A stretch of DNA of 64,000 nucleotides from an uncultured Aliarcobacter sp. (lineage in GTDB: Bacteria; Campylobacterota; Campylobacteria; Campylobacterales; Arcobacteraceae), in the NCBI GenBank assembly GCA_963677435.1, contig OY781945.1, positions 1,472,001-1,536,000 on the forward strand, read 5' to 3'. The position numbers were made by a program, and so were the translations under genes. Every line of letters begins with the position of its first letter. Position 1 is the first letter of the stretch. Positions 20,521-28,530 of this stretch are shown here, one piece after another. The notes under the pieces were generated by a model that saw nothing but the letters and a program-made list of their open reading frames with translations, ran no database searches and had not been told where the DNA came from.

Positions 20521-21321
20521 TTGAAAATTAAAATAATAAATGTGATTTCTAATCAAGATAGATTAAATCTAATTCGAACTTTTTGTGATGATGATTTAGA
20601 AAATGAAGTTGAAAATGTTTTAAAAAATATTTTAGAAAATGGCTCTTATGAATTAAAATCAATGATAAAACTTTTTGATTTAATGGACAATTCAAGTAGT
20701 GCTGAAAGTGATTTACAAACTCCTTATACAATTGGTAATAGAACAATCGAAGTTATTAACACTTGCGAACAATTGCAAGAGGCAATGAACACAATTTTAT
20801 TAGCTCCTTTTATAGGCTTTGATAGTGAACAAAAACCAACCTTTAAAAAAGGTCAAGCAGATAATGGTGTTTGCCTTATTCAATTAGCTACTAAAGATAA
20901 GTGTTATCTTATTCAAACTAAACAAATCAAAAATCTAAAACCACTTATAAACTTTTTGGAAGATGACAAAATAATAAAAATAGGCACTGGATTAAAAGGC
21001 GATAACGTAGCACTTTTTAAGCAATTTAACCTAAGACTAAAATCAACAATTGACCTTGAAGATATATTTAAAAAATTATCATCAAAAAACCAAATAGGAG
21101 CTAGAAAAGCAGCTTCAATAATTTTAAATGAAAAATTACAAAAATCAAAAAATATGTCAAGATCAAATTGGGAAAATGAAGAGCTAACTTCAGGACAAAT
21201 AAAATACGCCTCAGAAGACGCAACTGTTGTATATGATGTAATGAATAAAATCCTAGAACAATATCCATTTGCTATGAAAATGATGCCAATGTTTTTTCAA
21301 GCGCAATATTCTCAAGAATAA
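20521..21321 (+). CDS. DEDDy 3'-5' exonuclease (WRN/RNase D-like) with N-terminal extension
   Basis: 'IGFDSEQKP', 'LIQLAT', 'SNWE...QIKYASEDA'; TTG start after AGGAG. Confidence 0.88.
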   Translation: MKIKIINVISNQDRLNLIRTFCDDDLENEVENVLKNILENGSYELKSMIKLFDLMDNSSSAESDLQTPYTIGNRTIEVINTCEQLQEAMNTILLAPFIGFDSEQKPTFKKGQADNGVCLIQLATKDKCYLIQTKQIKNLKPLINFLEDDKIIKIGTGLKGDNVALFKQFNLRLKSTIDLEDIFKKLSSKNQIGARKAASIILNEKLQKSKNMSRSNWENEELTSGQIKYASEDATVVYDVMNKILEQYPFAMKMMPMFFQAQYSQE

Positions 21322-21353
21322 AATATATTTTAGTTTAAAGCATAATCTCTCCT

Positions 21354-23873
21354 ATGAAAAACTTACCTATTTATGATGTTTTAGCTGATATAAAATCTAC
21401 ACTTACTTATAACTCAACTCTTATCTTAGAAGCACCTCCAGGTGCAGGAAAAAGTACTGTAGTGCCTATTTCTTTGCTCAATGAATCTTGGCTTGGAAAT
21501 AAAATCATAATTATGCTTGAACCTCGCAGAGTTGCTGCTCGAATGGTTGCCCAACAAATGGCAAAGTTACTAGGTGAAGAAGTAGGGCAAAGTGTAGGTT
21601 ATCAAGTTAAGATGGATAGTTGTTATTCAAAACAAACAAAACTATTAGTAGTAACAGAATCAATACTTGTGCGTAAACTTCAAAGTGACCAAGCTTTGGA
21701 AGATGTGGCAATGGTAATCTTTGATGAATTTCATGAACGAAGTATTCATACTGATTTATCCCTTGCTCTTTGTCTTCAAGTGCAAGAACTTTTAAGAGCT
21801 GATTTAAAACTATTGATTATGTCTGCAACTCTTGATTCTCATGAGCTAACAAATCTTTTAGGTGAAGTTCCAGTAATAAACTCAAAAGGTAAAATATATG
21901 ATGTTGAAAATATATATCTTGAAATAAATATAAAACAACCAGATATAAAAAACATAAATACACTTCTTTTAAATATCACCATAAAATCCATAAAAGAGGA
22001 TGAGGGTGATATTTTAGTTTTTTTAGCAGGCTCACGTGAGATACAAAAACTTCAAGCTTTGTTAGAAGAGAGTTTAAAAGATAAAGATATTGAAATACTT
22101 CCTTTATACTCAACTCTAAGTAAAGAAAAACAAGACAAAGCAATCAGTAAATCAAATAAAAGAAAGATAATACTCTCTACAAATATCGCACAAACATCTT
22201 TGACTATTGAGGGTGTAAAAGTTGTGATTGATTCAGGCTTAGAAAAAGTATCGCGTTACAACTACTCAAATGCAATGAACCATTTAGAACTATCATTTAT
22301 CTCAAATGATTCTGCAATCCAAAGAGCAGGACGAGCAGGTCGTCTAAGCGATGGAAAGTGTTACAAACTTTGGCACAAAAGTAAGATACTGCAAGAGACA
22401 AGCAAAGCTGAGATATTAAGAACTGATTTAAGTTCATTCTTTTTAGATTTGGCACTTTGGGGTTATGAAGATATAAAAGAGTTTAAGTTTTTAAATTATC
22501 CCCAAGATATGGTACAAAACAGTACAAACTTAGTACTTCAAGAACTTCAAATGCTAAATGAAGATAATCAAATAACCAAATTTGGTAAAAAATCCCTAAC
22601 TCTTGGTGTTCATCCACGATTTGCTTTTATGATATTAAGAGCAAATGAGTTAGGGTTTGCTTATGAAGCTTGTCTTTTATCTGCTATGTTAAGTGAAAAA
22701 GATATATTTAAAAATATGAGTTTTAACTGTGATATATATTCTAGGTTTTTACACTTGTATGAAAAAGATTTTGATAGTGCATATATAAATTCACATCTCA
22801 CAAAAACTGTTTTAAAACAAGCAGAATTCTTTTATAATAAATTAAAAAATATTGAAACTATAAATAAAAACACAAAAAAAATAGATGAAGAAATTTTAAG
22901 TATATTACTCCTTTTAGCATATCCTGATAGATTAGCAAAACAAAGAGGGGAAAATGACACTAAATATAAACTAAGCAACGGAAAAGGCGCTATTTTAAAT
23001 ATAGAAGATAGTTTATTTAATGAAGAGTTTTTAGTAATTGCAAATCTAAACGCACATACAAAAGACTCATATATAAACCAAGCCTTAAAGATTTCTTTGC
23101 AAATAATAGAACGAGAGTTTAAATCATATATCCAAAAAAAAGAGTCAATCACTTATAACAAAGAAAATAAAAAGTTTGATATAAAAGAGCACTATTATTT
23201 CTATGAATTAGCGTTATATTCAAGGGCAATATCAAATGACGCTAAACATGACTTCTCAAAACTTCTTTTAGAGTTGATAAAAAAAGAGGGTTTAGAACTT
23301 TTAACTTGGAGTAAAAAAGCCATAGAACTACAAAATAGGGTCAATTTTATAAATGAAAATATGAATAGTGAATTACCAACATTCACAAACGATGTTTTGC
23401 TAGAAACACTAGAACTTTGGCTAGAACCATATTTACAAAATATAACAACAGTAAAAGAGCTTGAAGCTTTAGATATTTACACTATTTTATTAGGAATAAT
23501 CCCTTGGGAACAACAACAACTTTTAGAAACTCTAGTACCAGATAGTATAAAAGTTCCAAGTGGCTCAAATATAAAAATAGATTATTCAAATCTAAAAAAT
23601 CCCATCTTAGCAGTAAAAATACAAGAAATGTTTGGACTAAATGAAACACCAAAAATACTAAATAACACCATTGCCTTACAAATACATCTTCTAAGCCCAG
23701 CTCTAAGACCAATACAAATAACAAACGATTTAAAAAGCTTCTGGGAAAACTCATACGATGAGGTAAGAAAAGAGCTATTTTCAAAGTATAAAAAACACTA
23801 TTGGCCTTTGAATCCTTTTGAGGCTGTTGCTACTAATAAGACTAAGAAGCATATGATGAGAGGTGATTTATAG
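21354..23873 (+). CDS. hrpB: ATP-dependent RNA helicase HrpB
   Basis: 'APPGAGKST', 'DEFHER', 'MSAT', 'QRAGRAGR', C-terminal 'LLSPALRPIQITNDLKSFW'. Confidence 0.95.
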   Translation: MKNLPIYDVLADIKSTLTYNSTLILEAPPGAGKSTVVPISLLNESWLGNKIIIMLEPRRVAARMVAQQMAKLLGEEVGQSVGYQVKMDSCYSKQTKLLVVTESILVRKLQSDQALEDVAMVIFDEFHERSIHTDLSLALCLQVQELLRADLKLLIMSATLDSHELTNLLGEVPVINSKGKIYDVENIYLEINIKQPDIKNINTLLLNITIKSIKEDEGDILVFLAGSREIQKLQALLEESLKDKDIEILPLYSTLSKEKQDKAISKSNKRKIILSTNIAQTSLTIEGVKVVIDSGLEKVSRYNYSNAMNHLELSFISNDSAIQRAGRAGRLSDGKCYKLWHKSKILQETSKAEILRTDLSSFFLDLALWGYEDIKEFKFLNYPQDMVQNSTNLVLQELQMLNEDNQITKFGKKSLTLGVHPRFAFMILRANELGFAYEACLLSAMLSEKDIFKNMSFNCDIYSRFLHLYEKDFDSAYINSHLTKTVLKQAEFFYNKLKNIETINKNTKKIDEEILSILLLLAYPDRLAKQRGENDTKYKLSNGKGAILNIEDSLFNEEFLVIANLNAHTKDSYINQALKISLQIIEREFKSYIQKKESITYNKENKKFDIKEHYYFYELALYSRAISNDAKHDFSKLLLELIKKEGLELLTWSKKAIELQNRVNFINENMNSELPTFTNDVLLETLELWLEPYLQNITTVKELEALDIYTILLGIIPWEQQQLLETLVPDSIKVPSGSNIKIDYSNLKNPILAVKIQEMFGLNETPKILNNTIALQIHLLSPALRPIQITNDLKSFWENSYDEVRKELFSKYKKHYWPLNPFEAVATNKTKKHMMRGDL

Positions 23874-24050
23874 GCTAAATGAAAAATGATTTTGAGGATA
23901 GTTTACTTAATTAGATTGTTTTTTATAATCCTATTTTTGGATGTAGTATATAGTTAATAAAAGAACATTTATTATGTTATATATTCTAATAATTTAAGAG
24001 TGATTTATATAGAATGTAGTATTGATAAATGTATTATACAAAGGATTAAT

Positions 24051-24782
24051 ATGGCAGAAAATATTGATATATCAATTATTGAAGAAAATGAAGTAGATAT
24101 ATTAACAACAAGTTTCAAAGGTTCCGCTGGTATGATTCCTATACTAGGACCATATTTTGCTGAAATAATTGGTAGTTTAGTTCCATATCAGCGAATTGAT
24201 AGAATAACTACTTTCCTAAAATTATTTTATAAAAAGTTTGAAGAACAAAATTTACAAATAGAAATATTAAAAGAAAAAATGAAGAATGAAGATTTTATAA
24301 ATTTATTTGATGATATTTCATGGCTAGCTGCAAAATCAACTTCAAATGATAGAAAAGAATATTTAGCATCAATTTTAATTAATGGTTTAACTGATGATAA
24401 ATTAGATGAAATACAAAAAAATATATTTTTAAATTTAATGTCAGAATTAAATGATATTGAAATATTAATCCTTTATAGTTATACAATAGCTTCAAAAACT
24501 GATGAAGAGTTTACTAAAAAACATCAGGAAATATTAACTCCTCCAAGAGCTTATTCTGAAGCTTCTGAAGATGATAGAAATAAAAGGATTCTTTTTGAAA
24601 CATACAAAGAAAAATTAGTTCGATTAAATTTATTAAATAAAAAATTTGCTAAACCGAAAAGAGGAGAATCTCCAGAATTTGATGAAAAAACAGGAATGAT
24701 GAAGTCTAATGGTTTTGAAATAACTTCAATTGGAAGATTATTTTTAAAATATATTGGATTATTAAAAAAAAATAAGTTTTAA
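24051..24782 (+). CDS. Hypothetical protein, Abi-alpha/DUF4393-like architecture
   Basis: RBS AAGGA before ATG 24051; 'RKEYLASILING...FLNLMSELNDIEILIL' and terminal 'ITSIGRLFLKYI' resemble that family; family call tentative. Confidence 0.55.
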   Translation: MAENIDISIIEENEVDILTTSFKGSAGMIPILGPYFAEIIGSLVPYQRIDRITTFLKLFYKKFEEQNLQIEILKEKMKNEDFINLFDDISWLAAKSTSNDRKEYLASILINGLTDDKLDEIQKNIFLNLMSELNDIEILILYSYTIASKTDEEFTKKHQEILTPPRAYSEASEDDRNKRILFETYKEKLVRLNLLNKKFAKPKRGESPEFDEKTGMMKSNGFEITSIGRLFLKYIGLLKKNKF

Positions 24783-25134
24783 AAAACATAATAATATAAA
24801 GGAAATTAGTACCAAATTGGAATAAAGTGGGACTGGCACCTTTTTTTCACCTTTCTTTGAAAAGCAAATAAGCACCTTTATTCTAATAATTTGAGATTTC
24901 AGAAATGATAAAGGGGACAGTCACCTTTCTTTTGCGAAAGATAGATTATCGAAAGAAAAAGCTGTGCGCTAAAATAAGTGAATTTATTATCCCCGGAATT
25001 TTCAATCAATCTTTTTGAACTCTAAAGAGTCTTTTATTGCCATCCTGAGACTATTAAGAAGTGAATTTGGATAATATACTTCAATACAAAATCAAAAATA
25101 TATTAGCAAATATAAATACTAAGGAAATATTAAA

Positions 25135-25899
25135 ATGGAAACAATTTATTCAAAAAAAAATCATGAAGAAATTAACACTAGTGTTATATTTAAATCTTCT
25201 GAATTTAAAGAGAGTGTAATGAAGGAATCTGCAGAAAAATTTGCACTTATATCATTGACAACAAGATATATGCCAGAGATAGTTCTCAATGGAAATTCTA
25301 TTAATATAATTTCCTTTTTTGACAAAATGAAGGAATTATATTTTCACGAGCGTTCTATTAAAAATATAACTGATATGTCATCTCGTTCGTCTTTTTTCAA
25401 CACAGAAGCTCAAGAATTTAACCTTGAGGTGGCAGAAAAAGAGATTAAAGAATCAGATAAGTTTTCAAGCATAGAAGATATATTTAAAGCGTGGGAAGAG
25501 TACCCTGTAAATCTAGTTTCATTTTTAACTCCTCTTTATCATATGGGTTATTTTTTAGTTTTAGCAGAGATTTCAAATAACAAAAATTTAAAAAATAAAC
25601 TTAAAAACAGAGCTTCAAGTTTTTTAAGATCTTACTTAGAATTAGAAGAATATAAAAATGTTATTGGTTATAAAGTTGATATAAATATAAAATCTTTAAC
25701 TTTTACAGAGCTAATAGCCCAATGGATCTCTTTTATTAATTCATTTCTAAGTGATTTTTCTGTTTATTTAATTAAATCTAATCAAAAAGCAACTTTCCAA
25801 AATAAAGATGAAGTAGTGTTAAATTTTAAAAATTTAATGAAAGATATTAAACCAAAATCACTTAATATTAATGCAGAGATTTTGACTTACTTAAAATAG
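25135..25899 (+). CDS. Hypothetical protein (254 aa)
   Basis: Long ORF with AAGGA RBS; no motif recognised. Confidence 0.7.
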   Translation: METIYSKKNHEEINTSVIFKSSEFKESVMKESAEKFALISLTTRYMPEIVLNGNSINIISFFDKMKELYFHERSIKNITDMSSRSSFFNTEAQEFNLEVAEKEIKESDKFSSIEDIFKAWEEYPVNLVSFLTPLYHMGYFLVLAEISNNKNLKNKLKNRASSFLRSYLELEEYKNVIGYKVDINIKSLTFTELIAQWISFINSFLSDFSVYLIKSNQKATFQNKDEVVLNFKNLMKDIKPKSLNINAEILTYLK

Positions 25900-25994
25900 A
25901 ATTTATGTCAGGCACCAATTAGGAATTTCTCTTAACTCAGACTTAAAAATAAAGGGGACAGGCAACTTTAAACTACTGCTCTTTTTTATTTTTA

Positions 25995-26339
25995 TTAGTG
26001 ACAATAAGGGCAAGTATAATCTGTATTTTCAGGTTTTTCTGGGTGGGTTTTATTATCTATTTTATCTTTATCAAAAGTATGATAATTTTTGCACTCTTTC
26101 TCAAAAGCACTTTTAGGACTCGAAGCATAGTAGAATTTAAATCTTTTATATTTACCAATCCAGTTTTTAATTTCGTGATTTAAATCTGTATCTGAACGAC
26201 CATAATATTGAACAACAAATAGTCCAGTTTTACTTTCAAATCCTAAAGCAAAGTTACCAGCTGATACTTTTGTGATTTCAGAATCTACACTCTTAGCTAT
26301 TAAAGCATAAGAACTTTTCATTCCAATAGATCTCTTCAT
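25995..26339 (-). CDS. Small GIY-YIG-like protein with C-terminal CxxC
   Basis: 'AGNFALG...QYYGRSDTDLNHEI...AFEKECKNYH...NKTHP...CPYCH'; AAGGA RBS. Confidence 0.55.
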   Translation of the reverse strand: MKRSIGMKSSYALIAKSVDSEITKVSAGNFALGFESKTGLFVVQYYGRSDTDLNHEIKNWIGKYKRFKFYYASSPKSAFEKECKNYHTFDKDKIDNKTHPEKPENTDYTCPYCH

Positions 26340-26517
26340 TTATTTTCCTTAGGTTATTTTTCTTAAATTAATCATACAGTATACTAAACTAATTATAATT
26401 TTAAATAAAAGATAAAATGGGGACGGAGAGATTTAAATTAGGATATTCTAAAAGCTATGAATACTAAAGGATATAAGTCAAATTTCATTAGAATACGAAA
26501 ATATTTAAAGGATTTAA

Positions 26518-27081
26518 ATGAAAAAAGAATTTGACAAGTTTAAACAATGGCTTGAAAACAACTATCGTGATGGTTTATTAGATTTAAATCCACCTGCAAC
26601 AGATGCCCAAATAGAAGAACTTACAACTACTCTTGGTGTTGATTTACCTGATGATTTTATAAGTGTATTAAAAATACATAATGGTCAAAAAGGTGAGGCT
26701 GCTTGGCTTTTTGATTCTCAAGAGTTTTTATCAACGCACCGTATTATTGAAGAGTTTAATACTTGGAAAAACTTATTGAAAACTAAACTTCAAGGCAAAG
26801 TTTCAACCCCTGATGATGGAGTTAAAAATGATTGGTGGAATATAAACTGGATACCATTTACAAGTGACGGTTGTGGAGATCATTATTGTCTTGATTTAAG
26901 CCCCACATCAAGTGGCACAAAAGGTCAAGTTATTACTTTGTGGTATGAGTTAGCTGAGCGTGAAATCGTATCTCAAAGTTTCTCTTTATGGTTTGAAGAG
27001 TATGTAACTCAGTTATATTCTGGTGAGCTGGTTTACTCAAAAGAGTATAACTCTATAGTTTATAAAGATGAATTAGAATAA
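26518..27081 (+). CDS. SMI1/KNR4 (SUKH) family protein
   Basis: 'LNPPATDAQIEELTTTLGVDLPDDF...HNGQ', 'WIPFTSDGCGDHYCLDL'. Confidence 0.92.
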   Translation: MKKEFDKFKQWLENNYRDGLLDLNPPATDAQIEELTTTLGVDLPDDFISVLKIHNGQKGEAAWLFDSQEFLSTHRIIEEFNTWKNLLKTKLQGKVSTPDDGVKNDWWNINWIPFTSDGCGDHYCLDLSPTSSGTKGQVITLWYELAEREIVSQSFSLWFEEYVTQLYSGELVYSKEYNSIVYKDELE

Positions 27082-27091
27082 GGAAAAGTTT

Positions 27092-27442
27092 TTGAACGAC
27101 AATATAATTTATATATTTATTGCCCTAGCAATTTTTATAGCCTATAAAAAATATACTCAATATCAAGTATTAAAACTTGTACCAACTTTGTTGAAGCAGG
27201 GTGGTCAAATTGTTGATGTTAGAAGTGAAGAAGAATTTGCATATGAGCATAAAGATGGAAGTATTAACATACCATTAGATTTACTTAAAAATAGAATGAA
27301 TGAATTAGATAATACAAAGCCTATAATTCTATGTTGTGCCAGTGGAAGTAGAAGTGTAATGGCAAAAAGTATCTTAATGGCAAATGGATTTAAAAATGTT
27401 CACAATGCAGGAACATGGAATTCTTTAACAAAACAAAATTAA
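27092..27442 (+). CDS. Rhodanese-like domain protein with N-terminal TM
   Basis: 'IVDVRSEEEF', 'GSINIPL', 'CCASGSRS'. Confidence 0.9.
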   Translation: MNDNIIYIFIALAIFIAYKKYTQYQVLKLVPTLLKQGGQIVDVRSEEEFAYEHKDGSINIPLDLLKNRMNELDNTKPIILCCASGSRSVMAKSILMANGFKNVHNAGTWNSLTKQN

Positions 27443-27589
27443 GAAGATGGTCTAACTCTTCTACCGTCTCAAGTTAAAATCTAAAAATTCTGATAGAATG
27501 GAACTCTTAACCCATAAAAAATAATCTATAAAGATAAGTTCATAGAGGTTATTTATGGGAAAATAAATCAATATAAAAGAGGATAATAA

Positions 27590-27742
27590 ATGGCTAAAAT
27601 AAATTACAATTATGAAAAACGAGCTAGAGAGATAGAAAAAGAGAAAAAAAAAGAAGAAAAACGAAAGAAAAAAGAAGCTTTAAATAATAATGAAATAGCA
27701 GAAGAAGTTTCAACATCTGTTGACGAAAAAATTAAAGAATAG
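27590..27742 (+). CDS. Small charged protein (50 aa), not in the ORF track
   Basis: GAGGA RBS; MAKINYNYEKRAREIEKEKKKEEKRKKKEALNNNEIAEEVSTSVDEKIKE*; followed by a hairpin (tgtcctttta...taaaaggaca). Confidence 0.75.
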   Translation: MAKINYNYEKRAREIEKEKKKEEKRKKKEALNNNEIAEEVSTSVDEKIKE

Positions 27743-27816
27743 TTTTCTAAATTCTTTGTCCTTTTAATATGTCAAATAAAAGAATAAAAGGACATTGTCT
27801 AGCTAAAATTGAATTC

Positions 27817-28425
27817 TTAAATACCATATGCGGCCATAAAAGCTTCAACTGCTCTATCTACCATATCATCCATATCTTGTTTTGAATATTCTACATCAAT
27901 TTGAAAAAGAAATTGATACATTAATTCTGATTCTAAAAGTCCATACAAATGTCTTGCTGCAACAACTGTATCTGTTTGCTTTATTTTTTTTGCTTCCATG
28001 GCTTTTGCTAAATATTTTGAAACTAAATCTCGACTTTTTAATATTCTATTGTTATATGTAATTTTACCTAAATCAGTTATTCCTGATTGGCTTATAGTAA
28101 GTCTTCTTAATTTGATAAGTTTTGGAGAATATAAAAAAGATAGAAATCTTTTTCCAAATTCGCGCAATTGAGCATCAACATTTTCTATCTCTTCTGAACT
28201 ATTTAATACTTCAAATGTAAAATCAAACTCCTGAGAATTTGAAATTGATACAACTTCAAAAAATAGTTCTTCTTTTGAAGAAAAATAGTTATAAAGAGTT
28301 GTTTTAGACCCACCAACTTTTGAACAGATTTTTGACATTGAAGCTCGTTCAAATCCAAACTCTTCAAAGATTTTTGCTGCTGCTTGAATTATTTCTTGTC
28401 TTTTTGCTTCGGTTTTTGTTCTCAT
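27817..28425 (-). CDS. TetR/AcrR family transcriptional regulator
   Basis: 'IIQAAAKIFEEFGFERASMSKICSKVGGSKTTLYNYFSSKEELF'; divergent from efflux operon. Confidence 0.95.
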   Translation of the reverse strand: MRTKTEAKRQEIIQAAAKIFEEFGFERASMSKICSKVGGSKTTLYNYFSSKEELFFEVVSISNSQEFDFTFEVLNSSEEIENVDAQLREFGKRFLSFLYSPKLIKLRRLTISQSGITDLGKITYNNRILKSRDLVSKYLAKAMEAKKIKQTDTVVAARHLYGLLESELMYQFLFQIDVEYSKQDMDDMVDRAVEAFMAAYGI

Positions 28426-28492
28426 TAAAGTTTGTCCCCTTTGTATTGTTAAAGCAATATTAACATTAAAATTGATAATATTCCTTTAAATG

Positions 28493-28509
28493 TACTGTAC
28501 TGTACAGTA
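28493..28509. promoter_or_regulatory. Probable TetR operator
   Basis: Perfect palindrome TACTGTAC-T-GTACAGTA in the divergent intergenic region. Confidence 0.7.
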
Positions 28510-28530
28510 TTATTTAGAAAAGAGGAATAA

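Larger units (their letters stand above)
24821..26434 (+). repeat. Dispersed direct repeats ATAAA(G/T)GGGAC(A/T)G(G/T)CACCTT between accessory genes
   Basis: Copies at 24821 (aataaagtgggactggcacctttt), 24908 (ataaaggggacagtcacctttc), 25948 (aataaaggggacaggcaacttt); degenerate at 25906 (tgtcaggcaccaatt) and 26412 (ataaaatggggacggagagattt). Confidence 0.7.

Noticed and set aside
24940..25065. Slightly GC-richer intergenic tract that might be an ncRNA or gene
   Set aside because: No convincing stem set and the frames I checked are interrupted by stops; probably a decayed remnant.
24821..26434. CRISPR array
   Set aside because: Repeats are degenerate, irregularly spaced (about 90 to 1000 bp), separated by whole genes, and no cas genes are present.
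11812..27800. Integron or classical guaA-integrated island
   Set aside because: No integrase, only one attC-like hairpin that deviates from consensus, and no duplicated guaA 3' end found by eye.
28426..28445. Minus-strand AAAGGGGACAAAC matching the cassette repeat
   Set aside because: It is positioned as the Shine-Dalgarno of the tetR gene and lacks the GKCACC half.
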